This document shows, in pieces, positions 36,123 through 45,130 of a stretch of 61,765 nt of DNA. Made by a program: the position numbers and the translations under genes. The notes beneath the pieces are model-generated. The model was not told where the DNA came from, searched no databases, and saw only the letters and a program-made list of their open reading frames with translations. Source of the stretch: Candidatus Micrarchaeota archaeon (GTDB taxonomy: Archaea; Micrarchaeota; Micrarchaeia; Micrarchaeales; CABMGC01); NCBI GenBank assembly GCA_021848065.1, contig JAJZNA010000007.1:1-61765 (forward strand). Reading direction: 5' to 3'. Every line of letters starts with the position of its first letter. The stretch's first letter is position 1.

Positions 36123-37151
36123 ATGCTCGGGCTCAAAGTGAAGAAAGATAATGCCGAAAAGGTAAGAAAATACCTTACAGGGCATAAACTAATGGTTATT
36201 AATTATAGAGTATTTAGTAGTGACGAATTTATATACTTTCCCATTTCTGCGGGGGCGAAGATGGGGAAGGACGTTATTGGCAGGTTTGGAGCAGAGATAG
36301 TGGATGCCAGATTCGAGAAGACAGAACAGCAGCCAAAGTACAAGGAGATGCTCAAGAGCAGCCTTGGGAAGCAGTATTCTGAGGCTGCCAGGGGATATGA
36401 CGTGATAGGAGACATAGCGCTCATAGAAGGTACGGGCAGCACTGCAGCTACCAGGAAGATGGCAAAGGCAATAATGGAAGTGAACAGGAACGTTAGGACA
36501 GTGCTGGCCAAGGGGGGCCCTGTGAGCGGAGTGTATAGGATAAGGAAGTATTCGCACGTGCTCGGGGAGAAGAAATATGACACGGTGTATAAGGAGAATG
36601 GGGCGCAGTTCCATTTTGACATTAGGAAGACGTTCTTCTCCACAAGGCTGGCATATGAGCGGGCCCGCATAAGCGCTGCGTCCAGCGATGGGGAGAATGT
36701 GATAATCATGTTTGCAGGGGTTGGGCCTTTTGCAATAGAGATGGCCAAGACCCACAAGAAGTCCAATATAATAGCCATGGAACTCAACAGGAGCGCGTTC
36801 AAGGCCATGCTGGAGAACATAAAGATAAACCGCACAGCAAACGTAACTGCAGAATATGGGGACGTGAAGAAGCTTGTGCTAAGGCATAGGAACTTTGCGG
36901 ACAGGATTGTGATGCCACTGCCTAAGGATTCGTACAGCTTCCTGGGCGCCGTATCCATAGCCGCGAGGAAGGGGTGTGTTGTGCATTACTACGCGTTCGG
37001 CAAGAAGGAGGACGCATTTGACTTCAACATAAAGAGGATTAGGGATTATTTCAGTAAAAAAGGGAGAAGGATAAGGGTCTTGAACAAAAGGGTTGCCAGG
37101 AATTACTCGCCTAGCGAGATAGAAGTAGTGATAGACTTCAGGATATACTGA
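36123..37151 (+). CDS. trm5: tRNA m1G37 methyltransferase (Trm5/Tyw2 family)
   Basis: YDVIGDIA, KENG, FFSTRLAYER, MFAGVGPF, DRIVMPLP. Confidence 0.92.
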   Translation: MLGLKVKKDNAEKVRKYLTGHKLMVINYRVFSSDEFIYFPISAGAKMGKDVIGRFGAEIVDARFEKTEQQPKYKEMLKSSLGKQYSEAARGYDVIGDIALIEGTGSTAATRKMAKAIMEVNRNVRTVLAKGGPVSGVYRIRKYSHVLGEKKYDTVYKENGAQFHFDIRKTFFSTRLAYERARISAASSDGENVIIMFAGVGPFAIEMAKTHKKSNIIAMELNRSAFKAMLENIKINRTANVTAEYGDVKKLVLRHRNFADRIVMPLPKDSYSFLGAVSIAARKGCVVHYYAFGKKEDAFDFNIKRIRDYFSKKGRRIRVLNKRVARNYSPSEIEVVIDFRIY

Positions 37152-37185
37152 GCGCATGGCCCTATGCCATGCGCATAGTAATGTT

Positions 37186-37542
37186 TCACTTGTATATGGA
37201 GTGATACACGTTTCCCGTATCGTCGTGTATGACTATGCACTCCCCTTCGCACTCCACAAGGCATGCCTGGCAGAGTATGCATGAAGGCCCATTTAGTGCC
37301 ACTGAGATTCCTCCGCTTCCGCCTTCGTGCTTCTCGGCAAAGTGCTTGTGGCCATCCTGCACATTGGCCCACTTCGCAGTTACCTCAGGTGTGTGCTGGC
37401 CCTTCCACTTAGCCTCTTCAGGGGCAGAATCCTTGTTAACATCAGGGCTTTCCCTGTCCTTCATCTCGAATACAGCTACAGGGCATACGTCAAAGCAGTG
37501 TGAACATCCAGTGCACTTTGGTTTCTCAACATAAACATCCAT
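37186..37542 (-). CDS. Dicluster [4Fe-4S] ferredoxin with long insertion
   Basis: CTGCSHCFDVCP and CILCQACLVEC. Confidence 0.9.
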   Translation of the reverse strand: MDVYVEKPKCTGCSHCFDVCPVAVFEMKDRESPDVNKDSAPEEAKWKGQHTPEVTAKWANVQDGHKHFAEKHEGGSGGISVALNGPSCILCQACLVECEGECIVIHDDTGNVYHSIYK

Positions 37543-37589
37543 TCTAAAACACCATATCAATACTTATAGCAAATATTTTTTAAACTTTA

Positions 37590-37679
37590 GCTTGCGTGAG
37601 GGTGCCGACGAATACACGACCTTGTACCTCTAGGTTAAACTAGAGGTAATGACGGTTCTGTCTTCGCCGGATCTCAAGC
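37590..37679 (-). other. Long imperfect intergenic hairpin (candidate ncRNA)
   Basis: TACCTCTAG/CTAGAGGTA apex stem extended by GACC/GGTT, CCGACGAA/TTCGCCGG and GCTTG/CAAGC. Confidence 0.5.
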
Positions 37680-37693
37680 AGATACCTGCTGGC

Positions 37694-37724
37694 AAAAAAC
37701 GTATGTTGTGCATAGGCACAACAC
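37694..37724 (-). terminator. Hairpin plus T-tract after rpl12
   Basis: GTTGTGC-CTAT-GCACAAC then TTTTTT on - strand. Confidence 0.6.
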
Positions 37725-37729
37725 CGCAT

Positions 37730-38029
37730 TTAGCCGAATAGGCTTGCAAGTCCTCCTGCTGCCTGCTCCTCGCTTACCTTCTCTTCTGCTGGCTCCTGCT
37801 TCGCTGGCTTTGCGCCTGCTGCTGGTGCCGCAGCTGGAGCAGCTACCTGGACGTTCTGTGCGTTCTTTATCACTTCCTTTATGTTTACTTCCTTGAGAGA
37901 AGTCGCTACAGACTTTGCCATCGCCTCGTCAGGTGACAGTCCTGCTGCCTTTACCACTTCTTCCAGGCTCTTTTCGTTTATCTCCTTTCCTGCTGCGTCT
38001 AAGAGAAGTGCAGCGTATATGTATTCCAT
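37730..38029 (-). CDS. rpl12: Ribosomal stalk protein P1/L12
   Basis: [10 protein letters not shown]...GLASLFG. Confidence 0.98.
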   Translation of the reverse strand: MEYIYAALLLDAAGKEINEKSLEEVVKAAGLSPDEAMAKSVATSLKEVNIKEVIKNAQNVQVAAPAAAPAAGAKPAKQEPAEEKVSEEQAAGGLASLFG

Positions 38030-38055
38030 CGTTTCACCATTTATTCAGTATCATA

Positions 38056-38919
38056 TCATGCCGCAGGCTCTTGGGCCTTTGGCTGCTCGGTCTTTACCAT
38101 AGAATTCAAGCTCAGGGCCTCGCGTACGCCCTTTGCAAGAAGCTTGTCTGCTATTCCAGGCTCGTATATCTCTGCCTCAAGGCCTAGGCCGAGTGCGGAC
38201 ATGTAAGCCTTTGTCAGCATTCCGTTGACGTTGTAACTCGTCACGAAGCCTATATGGGTGGCAAGGCCGTTAGCCTCTGCGAAGCTTATAGCCAGTTCGT
38301 GCGCAACGTATGCAGCATCTACTGCAAGCACTCGCTCGGTGAATGCAAGATCCCCATTGATTGCCACTGAGAGCTTGGTGCCGACCTCGAACGGAGCTAT
38401 GTCGAGCATCTTAAGCGCCTTTGAGATTGCGGTGCTTATCTTATCGCCCTTCTTCACTAGCACCTTGGACTTTGATATCACAACCTTGCCCTTCTCGATC
38501 TTTACGTCTATTCCTGCAGCCTTCATGTCCGTTACCGCCTGCCCAGGGGCTATTGATGTCTCTCCGCTCTGTATCTCAATCTCTGAAGGGGCCATCTGAC
38601 CTGGCTTTGCCAGGAGTCTCTTCCTATTAGCGAGTATGAGCTTATTTAGTGCCACAGGATCCAGGTTTGAGAGTAGTATTGCAAAGTTTCCTGTTGCATA
38701 GTCCTTGAGCTTCGCAAGCCTTGGGTCCCCCTCTATTATCCTGAGTGCGAGGTTCTTCCTTGCCATTATGAACCTTACATCCGGCTTTAGCGAGTTCCTC
38801 GCCTTCTGCACCAGTGAATCAGGAATTGCATTGAGAGGAAGTATGCCCACCGTGGCGTAGCTCTTCACCTCCTTTATGGTGTTCTTTACGAATTCTACTT
38901 TTTGGGCTTTGAGCATCAT
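38056..38919 (-). CDS. rpl10: Ribosomal protein uL10 (P0)
   Basis: AKPGQMAPSEIEI..GET...PG, KIEKGKVVI. Confidence 0.95.
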   Translation of the reverse strand: MMLKAQKVEFVKNTIKEVKSYATVGILPLNAIPDSLVQKARNSLKPDVRFIMARKNLALRIIEGDPRLAKLKDYATGNFAILLSNLDPVALNKLILANRKRLLAKPGQMAPSEIEIQSGETSIAPGQAVTDMKAAGIDVKIEKGKVVISKSKVLVKKGDKISTAISKALKMLDIAPFEVGTKLSVAINGDLAFTERVLAVDAAYVAHELAISFAEANGLATHIGFVTSYNVNGMLTKAYMSALGLGLEAEIYEPGIADKLLAKGVREALSLNSMVKTEQPKAQEPAA

Positions 38920-38923
38920 GCTA

Positions 38924-39556
38924 TCACATTACCTTCAGCGGCTTTGACATGGTGAGCTTTACATAGGCGGACCTTATGTGGCTCACGCCAAGCTTCCTTG
39001 TGACCGCATTTAGAACTTCCTGGACATTATCGTAAACCTTGCTCGCGTCCATATCCTCGTTGCCCACTATGCAGTGTATGGTAGGCAGATTCTTTCCCCT
39101 GTTCCTAAGCTGCACGCGCTTGTTGAGCTCGTTGGACATGCTTGCCATGCTCGTGTTTGGCAGGAGCGGCTTTGGCATCTTGTTCCTGGTTCCAAGGAAC
39201 TGACCTAGGTTCTTGGCTATGGCAGGCATCAGGTTTGGCTGTGCTATCAGCTCGTACTCGAGCAGAGAGTTCAGCCTTGCAGGGTCCTTTGATATCTGGT
39301 CGAGCTGGGCGCCGTCTATTACCTCTATCCCGTTCTGGTTGGCCTGCTCTATGAAGTTCCTCTCTGTGCAGAATATGGCTATCTTCTTTGTCTTGCCCTT
39401 GCCGTTAGGAAGATTGACTTCCAGGTTAAGCCTGTTGTCCTGCTTTGAGAAGTCTATTCCCTTGAAATTTATGGCTAGCTCTACAGTCTGCTTGAACTTC
39501 CTCTTTCCCTTGTTATCAGCAAGAAACTTGCTGAAGTTTTCCAAATTCTCTGCCAT
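38924..39556 (-). CDS. rpl1: Ribosomal protein uL1
   Basis: KRKFKQTVEL, LGTRNKMPKP, VKLTMSKP. Confidence 0.97.
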   Translation of the reverse strand: MAENLENFSKFLADNKGKRKFKQTVELAINFKGIDFSKQDNRLNLEVNLPNGKGKTKKIAIFCTERNFIEQANQNGIEVIDGAQLDQISKDPARLNSLLEYELIAQPNLMPAIAKNLGQFLGTRNKMPKPLLPNTSMASMSNELNKRVQLRNRGKNLPTIHCIVGNEDMDASKVYDNVQEVLNAVTRKLGVSHIRSAYVKLTMSKPLKVM

Positions 39557-39693
39557 ATTAATCCCTCCTGCAAAACTGCAGTTTTATCGGGAAAATAAGT
39601 AGACTCTTATTGAACAACAATTAATATATACCTATCGCATATGCTGGCGCTATTGAAAATCAGGTTATATATTAGGAAGATGAAGCTCATTGC

Positions 39694-40239
39694 ATGCCAT
39701 ATAGAGCAATTGTAGTTACAGGCCCTTCGGCTGCAGGTAAGTCCAGCTTTGTGTCGGATATGGCAGATAAACTTGGATGGCAGGTTGCCAGCGCAGGCAT
39801 AGTGTGGAAAGCTGAACAGGCAAGGCTCTGTCCAGACGGCAATGTCACAGTAGGCACTTTCTGGAGCCATATTCCTCGTGATTTTTTCAGGGAGCTCTAC
39901 TTTGAATTAAGCGAGCTTGCACGACGCGGCGGAGTTGTCATTGAATCCAGATATGCCACAGCCATGGATCCCAGGTATTGCCTTAGGGTCTCGTTCGATG
40001 CGCCGGAAAGAACGAGAGTTCTTAGGGCCATCAGGCGCGGTGACTTCAGGCCAGACATATCAATGGCTGAGGCAAGGGCTGCGCTGAGATCAAGACTTCA
40101 AGACGAGCAGTGGGTTGGGCAGCGGATATTTGGGCTTGAAAATTATACCAGGCAGCCTGTACACGTATCTCTGAATTCTGGCATGCTGACCAGGGAAGCT
40201 GAAGTCGGAATATTATTAGAGGGTTTGAAGTACGAATAG
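39694..40239 (+). CDS. Cytidylate-kinase-like P-loop NMP kinase (divergent)
   Basis: VTGPSAAGKSS, SAG, VVIESR, APERTRVLR. Confidence 0.75.
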   Translation: MPYRAIVVTGPSAAGKSSFVSDMADKLGWQVASAGIVWKAEQARLCPDGNVTVGTFWSHIPRDFFRELYFELSELARRGGVVIESRYATAMDPRYCLRVSFDAPERTRVLRAIRRGDFRPDISMAEARAALRSRLQDEQWVGQRIFGLENYTRQPVHVSLNSGMLTREAEVGILLEGLKYE

Positions 40240-40354
40240 CCAAGGCAAAAATGCAATGCGCGCAGGTTGAAGTTTGCGCATTAGGATGTGAAGATAGGGA
40301 GATGTGAATAATGCATCATGTATGCATCATGTTTCATGATGTGAGCTGACACTT

Positions 40355-41694
40355 GTGACATCCTCTCCTAACTAAAGGTTAGGAGCTTCCCCTGCGGTTG
40401 CAGGGTCTGTTCTCAGTTCTTTGAGTTCGTTTGCATTCCCTGTTGGAATGTATTTACGGTTCTCTCCCTGAGCGTGACTTCCCCTCTGTCCGAGGGTAGC
40501 TCTTTTGAGTATGTTCTGCGCAGCGTTTATGTCCCTGTCCATGCGCAATCCGCATCTGTCGCAGATGTATTCCCTCGTGGAAAGCGGCATTTCCTTTATT
40601 GCGCCGCAGTCGCTGCATTCCTTTGAGGTGTTCCTTGCGTCCACTTTGTATACTTTCATGCCGGCACTTTCAGCCTTGTATGAAAGCATGTTTATGAATC
40701 TGTTCCATGAGGCATTTTGTATTGACTGGGCAAGGCGATGGTTCCTTACCATATTATTTATGTGCAATTCCTCTACGGCAAAAGAGGTATATCCCCCATG
40801 GGCCAGTTTGTCTGATAGTTTGTGCATGAAGTCGTTTGACTGGCTGGTTACGTGCTTCCATTCTTCCTGAAGATGGTACTTTGCCTTTTCCCTCCTCGTT
40901 GAGCCTTTATTTCTTCTTGCGACTATTTGCTGCCATCTGGAGATCCTCTTCTCCCTCTTCTTGAAGAATTTTGGCTTCTGGATTGTCTGTCCGTCTGATA
41001 ATGCAATGAAATTGTTGAGACCCATGTCTATGCCGACTGGATTTATGTCTTCTATCTTTGGAGAACTTATTATCTGTTCTGCCGTAAAGATTGCGTAATA
41101 TTCGTTTCCTTCCCTCTTTATCGTCATATTCTTTACATTTCCGATGATATTCCTGTGCTGCTCTATACGCATCGTGCCTATTTTTGAGACCCTGAGTCTT
41201 CCTTTTTGTATCCTAAAAGAGCCGTTGCTCTCTATGTGGGTTATGGAATTGAACTTGTCTTTCGATTTGAAACGTGGGAATCCTGCCTTTATTTTTGCGC
41301 CTGCTTTCTTCTGCTGGCATCTCCTGAAGAAGTTTTGGTATGTTCTGAGAAGTCTGTTGCGAATGTCTACTCTGACATGAGCGTAGAGTTGCAGATATGA
41401 TTTGTCTTCTTTTATTATGGCATTGAGGAATTGATTTATGGTTTTCTGCGATATTTTTGAATCTGGATTGTTCTTATGTGCATTTATCGTCTTTTCAAGG
41501 AGTTTGTTGTATAATCTCTGCGACATGGAAATTGCGTCGTCTATCTCTTTCTGCCTCTTTGCGTCAGGATATATCCTAAACTTGTAGGCACGCATTGTTT
41601 CCATGTTCCCTGTTTTGTTTTGCATTTTTATATACCTTATTGCACGCCCTTACTCCTATCTCAAGGATAGGAGTTTGCGGGCGTGTTGGATTTT
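40355..41694 (-). mobile_element. Complete IS1341-type (tnpB-only) IS200/IS605-family element
   Basis: Left-end hairpin 41652-41674; right-end hairpin CTCCTAAC/GTTAGGAG followed by GGATGTCAC; no tnpA; left boundary inferred. Confidence 0.88.
40372..41625 (-). CDS. tnpB: RNA-guided endonuclease TnpB
   Basis: AYKFRIYP HTH, GFPRFK, RuvC-I VGIDMGL, RuvC-II AVEEL, CSDC/CDRC zinc finger, RuvC-III DRDINAA. Confidence 0.97.
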   Translation of the reverse strand: MQNKTGNMETMRAYKFRIYPDAKRQKEIDDAISMSQRLYNKLLEKTINAHKNNPDSKISQKTINQFLNAIIKEDKSYLQLYAHVRVDIRNRLLRTYQNFFRRCQQKKAGAKIKAGFPRFKSKDKFNSITHIESNGSFRIQKGRLRVSKIGTMRIEQHRNIIGNVKNMTIKREGNEYYAIFTAEQIISSPKIEDINPVGIDMGLNNFIALSDGQTIQKPKFFKKREKRISRWQQIVARRNKGSTRREKAKYHLQEEWKHVTSQSNDFMHKLSDKLAHGGYTSFAVEELHINNMVRNHRLAQSIQNASWNRFINMLSYKAESAGMKVYKVDARNTSKECSDCGAIKEMPLSTREYICDRCGLRMDRDINAAQNILKRATLGQRGSHAQGENRKYIPTGNANELKELRTDPATAGEAPNL

Positions 41695-42242
41695 ATCATG
41701 CTTCTTGCTGCTATGATATGGGGCAGCACATTATCGCATGACTCGGACCTGCACAAAAGCCCGTCAAGCTTTCTTTCTACCGCAGATACTGAAGTGCCTG
41801 AATTTATCACCCAATAATTGTCCACGAATCCTGAAATGCTGACGCCTGCGGCCCTTTCTATAGCCCGCTGCCGCATGCCTGAAGAGAGGACGATATGGGC
41901 GCCATAATCGCGTCTTATTGCAGCGAGTAGGTTTAGGTATTCTGCAGTGATGCGGTGAGGGTTGTGGTAGTCCAGCATTAAGACCCGTCCACCTATCCTC
42001 AAGTATGGGAATACGTAATCAGGGAGGTAGGAGTCCTGAAACATTTTTTCGGATGGATATAGTTGGCAAGGCTCGTACACTGCCGCAACACCCATCCTGA
42101 GTATGGCTTTTTTGAGCAGCGTCTCAGGACCCCGAGTGTGAGTCTCAGGGGTAACGCGCCTGTGACACACTATCAACGCTGCAATACCATCTGCAGACTG
42201 CCTTGTAAGGCTACCTGCCATGACCAACCCAACACCCAACAA
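41661..42242 (-). CDS. Divergent PD-(D/E)xK-like protein, C-terminus altered by IS insertion
   Basis: GPE, YEP, YLPDYVF...LMLDYH; stop codon lies inside the IS left-end hairpin. Confidence 0.55.
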   Translation of the reverse strand: MLGVGLVMAGSLTRQSADGIAALIVCHRRVTPETHTRGPETLLKKAILRMGVAAVYEPCQLYPSEKMFQDSYLPDYVFPYLRIGGRVLMLDYHNPHRITAEYLNLLAAIRRDYGAHIVLSSGMRQRAIERAAGVSISGFVDNYWVINSGTSVSAVERKLDGLLCRSESCDNVLPHIIAARSMIKSNTPANSYP

Positions 42243-42292
42243 TAGAGTAAGGTAAGGATGCAGTATTTAAAACTTGTCTGGAGATTTCCGCA

Positions 42293-43189
42293 TCAGGCCT
42301 TTGCCATCTTAACGATATGGCGTATTATGTGCTTGGCTGGGTCAACCTTTGTGACCTTCTTGAACGTGGACCACGAAACTGTTGGATTTGACTCGAGAAC
42401 ATAGTAGCCCTCAGCAGTCTGGGCTATGTCTATGCCTGCAAAGTCAAGGTCTAGAGCCTTGGCAGATTTTATTGCAATCTCCCTGAGTTCGTCATCTGGC
42501 CTGACAGCTTTTGCCACTGCCCCCTGCGCTACGTTGGACTTCCACGAACTGGACTTTCTGAACTCGGCGCCTATAACTTCGCCGCCCACCACAATGACAC
42601 GATAGTCACCGCCATGTCTCTTTTCAAGAAACTTCTGCACGTACAAGGGCTTGCTGAGATTTACGAAGCTGCTGAATACATGCATTGCAACGTCGGGATT
42701 GTCTACCTTGAAGACACCAAGGCCTGCGGCCATTCTCAAAGGCTTCACCACAGCCTTGCCATAATCCTTGACAGCGTGGTAACCTGCCAGGGAGTTCTCG
42801 CTCGAACAAGTGTCTGGAACATTTATGCCATTACTTGAGAGCGACATTAGGGCACCGAGCTTATCGCTGGCACGTATCCACGCCAGGATGTTGTTTGCCA
42901 CGTAGGTCCCTGACATCTCCATTGACATGACCGACCAGACCTTCTGGCTCATCTGCTCGTAGTCGCGTACGAAGCCGATGTGCCTGAGCACTGCGCAGTC
43001 AAGTTCTATGGGAGACTCTCCAAGTACGCCATTGACACGGAACGGGCGCACCTTTCCGGCATCTATTCGCACAGAGATGTCGGCCATGTCTATTCGCATA
43101 GGATTGCATCCCTGGGACCTTATCGCCTTCTCGAGGTCCCTGTATTCATTTATGAAAGGCCTGTCAGACTCGATTATACCTATGTCCAT
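42293..43189 (-). CDS. Second RimK-family ATP-grasp ligase
   Basis: ASDKL, GDYRVIVVGG, WKSNVAQG, FAGIDI, ESNPT. Confidence 0.9.
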   Translation of the reverse strand: MDIGIIESDRPFINEYRDLEKAIRSQGCNPMRIDMADISVRIDAGKVRPFRVNGVLGESPIELDCAVLRHIGFVRDYEQMSQKVWSVMSMEMSGTYVANNILAWIRASDKLGALMSLSSNGINVPDTCSSENSLAGYHAVKDYGKAVVKPLRMAAGLGVFKVDNPDVAMHVFSSFVNLSKPLYVQKFLEKRHGGDYRVIVVGGEVIGAEFRKSSSWKSNVAQGAVAKAVRPDDELREIAIKSAKALDLDFAGIDIAQTAEGYYVLESNPTVSWSTFKKVTKVDPAKHIIRHIVKMAKA

Positions 43190-43200
43190 CAGGCGCGCAC

Positions 43201-43557
43201 CTAAAGCAGTTTTAGCGAGGATGTGAAGAAGTCTATCTCGCTCTTCTTCCATGGGCCTATGCCAAGAGTGGTTATGGTGCCTGGAGGCAGCTGCGTAAGC
43301 CCCGCGTCGTTTATAAGCGCGCAGGGGATCTTCTTGAACTTGAACGCCTCGTACAGTTTCTTTATGACTTTATCGTCCTCGACTTTAAGGACTATCTTCT
43401 TCTGGCCTGAAGAGAGCCATGCATCCGCGACATCGGCATTTGATCTAGACGCGCTTAGGTAGGCCGAGACTGAGGCATGGGCTACCTGGGCAGCCATCTT
43501 GCCCTTGCCCATGTCCAGATCCGTGCGTACAAGTATTACTTGCTTTATCTCATCCAT
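43201..43557 (-). CDS. pth2: Peptidyl-tRNA hydrolase 2
   Basis: KQVILVRTDLDMGKGKMAAQVAHA, DAGLTQ, GIGP. Confidence 0.97.
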   Translation of the reverse strand: MDEIKQVILVRTDLDMGKGKMAAQVAHASVSAYLSASRSNADVADAWLSSGQKKIVLKVEDDKVIKKLYEAFKFKKIPCALINDAGLTQLPPGTITTLGIGPWKKSEIDFFTSSLKLL

Positions 43558-43565
43558 GTAGACCG

Positions 43566-43817
43566 TTATATTGACTTGAGCTTTTCCTTTGCCCTGTCCA
43601 GCTCCCTCTTTGCTGCCAGCATGTGGTTTGATACTATCTCAAGATTCTCTATCAGCCCTTCGCTGAAATCAAGAGAGGCCTTGTTCTTGGCTATGCGCTT
43701 TCCAACCGCCTTGATGTTCTTCTGGTGCACGTCAAGCTCTTTGGATATTTCCTCCAAGAGTTCGTACTCGTTTAGAAGCTCGTTCTTCCCGGGCATGATA
43801 TCATTTAGCATTTGCAC
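43566..43817 (-). CDS. Small coiled-coil hypothetical protein
   Basis: Heptad pattern; co-oriented with pth2. Confidence 0.65.
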   Translation of the reverse strand: MQMLNDIMPGKNELLNEYELLEEISKELDVHQKNIKAVGKRIAKNKASLDFSEGLIENLEIVSNHMLAAKRELDRAKEKLKSI

Positions 43818-43884
43818 CGCTTTGTCTTAAAAAAGTGACTGTACAAGCTATTTATTGGTTGCATTCGGATAGTTAATTGATTGG

Positions 43885-45048
43885 ATGGCGCCGCCGATGG
43901 AGGAGCTTGGAAACGACTTCATAAACAGGCTGATCTCCGAGTACTACAAGGATGCCAAGTATTTAGCTCCAGAAAGGATGTCAGAGCGTGAGTTCGGCGT
44001 CGGCAATTATGACATCAAGATAGCGTACAGGCATATGTCATTCGGGTACGAGAACGCGCTAAGATCGTACCTTTCTGCGAATTCCGTGCCTTACGTCTCA
44101 TGCTCTGCGGCTTACTATAGGTTCCCTGCGGGCAGGCCGATGGAGGCGAAGGGATGGCTCGGTTCAGAGCTGGTGTTCGACCTTGACGCAGATGACATGG
44201 AGCTGGACTGCCAGAAGGTGCATGGAAGCAGATGGGTGTGCAGGAACTGTTTTACCAAGGTTAGGGAAGAGACGATAAAGCTGGTATACGACTTCCTGAT
44301 CCCGGATTTCGGATTTTCTGAGAAGGACATAAGGGTGAACTTCAGCGGCAATAGGGGCTACCACGTGCACATAAACAGAGAGAACGTGCTGCAGCTTGAC
44401 GGCGCCTCTAGGAGGGAGATAAGCAATTACATAGCAGGCATAGGCATGGAGTTCGGCGAATTCTTCCCCACTGCAGGCATACGTGGAACCACCCTTGTTG
44501 GACCCAAGCCTTCTGATACGGGATGGAAGGGCAAGATAGCAAGGAACTTCCTATCTAACCTGAATGCAGGAGTAGATTCCATGATGGGCATGGGCATAGA
44601 TAGGAGCATGGCAACAAAGCTGTACCGCAAGAAGAGCCTGATAGAGATGGGCATAAGGAACGGGAACTGGGATATGGTGTACATAAAGAACAAGGCGGAC
44701 TTCTGGAAGAGAATACTCGACAGGCAGGCAGTGAGCCAGAGCGACAGGATAGACAAGAATGTGACCAACGACCCCACCCACCTGATAAGGCTTCCAAACA
44801 CCATACATGGAGGCACGGGCCTTGTTGCTGCCAGGCTCAGGGAGCCGCGTGCGCTCTACAGCTTCGATCCGATGCGCGACGCGATAGCGTTCAGGAAGGG
44901 GCATGTCAGGATATCAGCAAAGACGGATTACGAGCTGTACATGGGGGGGCAGAGATACGGGCCGTACGGCGGTGAGATAAACGTGCCCACATATGTTGGG
45001 GTTTACTTATACCTTAAAGGGTATGCAAAGATACTTAGGGAAGTCTAG
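43885..45048 (+). CDS. priS: DNA primase catalytic subunit
   Basis: REFG, ELVFDLDAD, FSGNRGYHVH, IDKNVT..RLIRLP-like motif. Confidence 0.96.
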   Translation: MAPPMEELGNDFINRLISEYYKDAKYLAPERMSEREFGVGNYDIKIAYRHMSFGYENALRSYLSANSVPYVSCSAAYYRFPAGRPMEAKGWLGSELVFDLDADDMELDCQKVHGSRWVCRNCFTKVREETIKLVYDFLIPDFGFSEKDIRVNFSGNRGYHVHINRENVLQLDGASRREISNYIAGIGMEFGEFFPTAGIRGTTLVGPKPSDTGWKGKIARNFLSNLNAGVDSMMGMGIDRSMATKLYRKKSLIEMGIRNGNWDMVYIKNKADFWKRILDRQAVSQSDRIDKNVTNDPTHLIRLPNTIHGGTGLVAARLREPRALYSFDPMRDAIAFRKGHVRISAKTDYELYMGGQRYGPYGGEINVPTYVGVYLYLKGYAKILREV

Positions 45049-45130
45049 CCGGGCTAAGGCGCTATGATAAGTAACTTTATTAAAGGTTGCCAGCAAATAT
45101 AGAAGGTGCATATTCTACATAGGTGAATTT

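Noticed and set aside
40310-40341. ATGCATCATGT tandem repeat/palindrome beside the IS right end
   Set aside because: Two short copies with no spacers; not CRISPR, and IS605 elements make no target duplication
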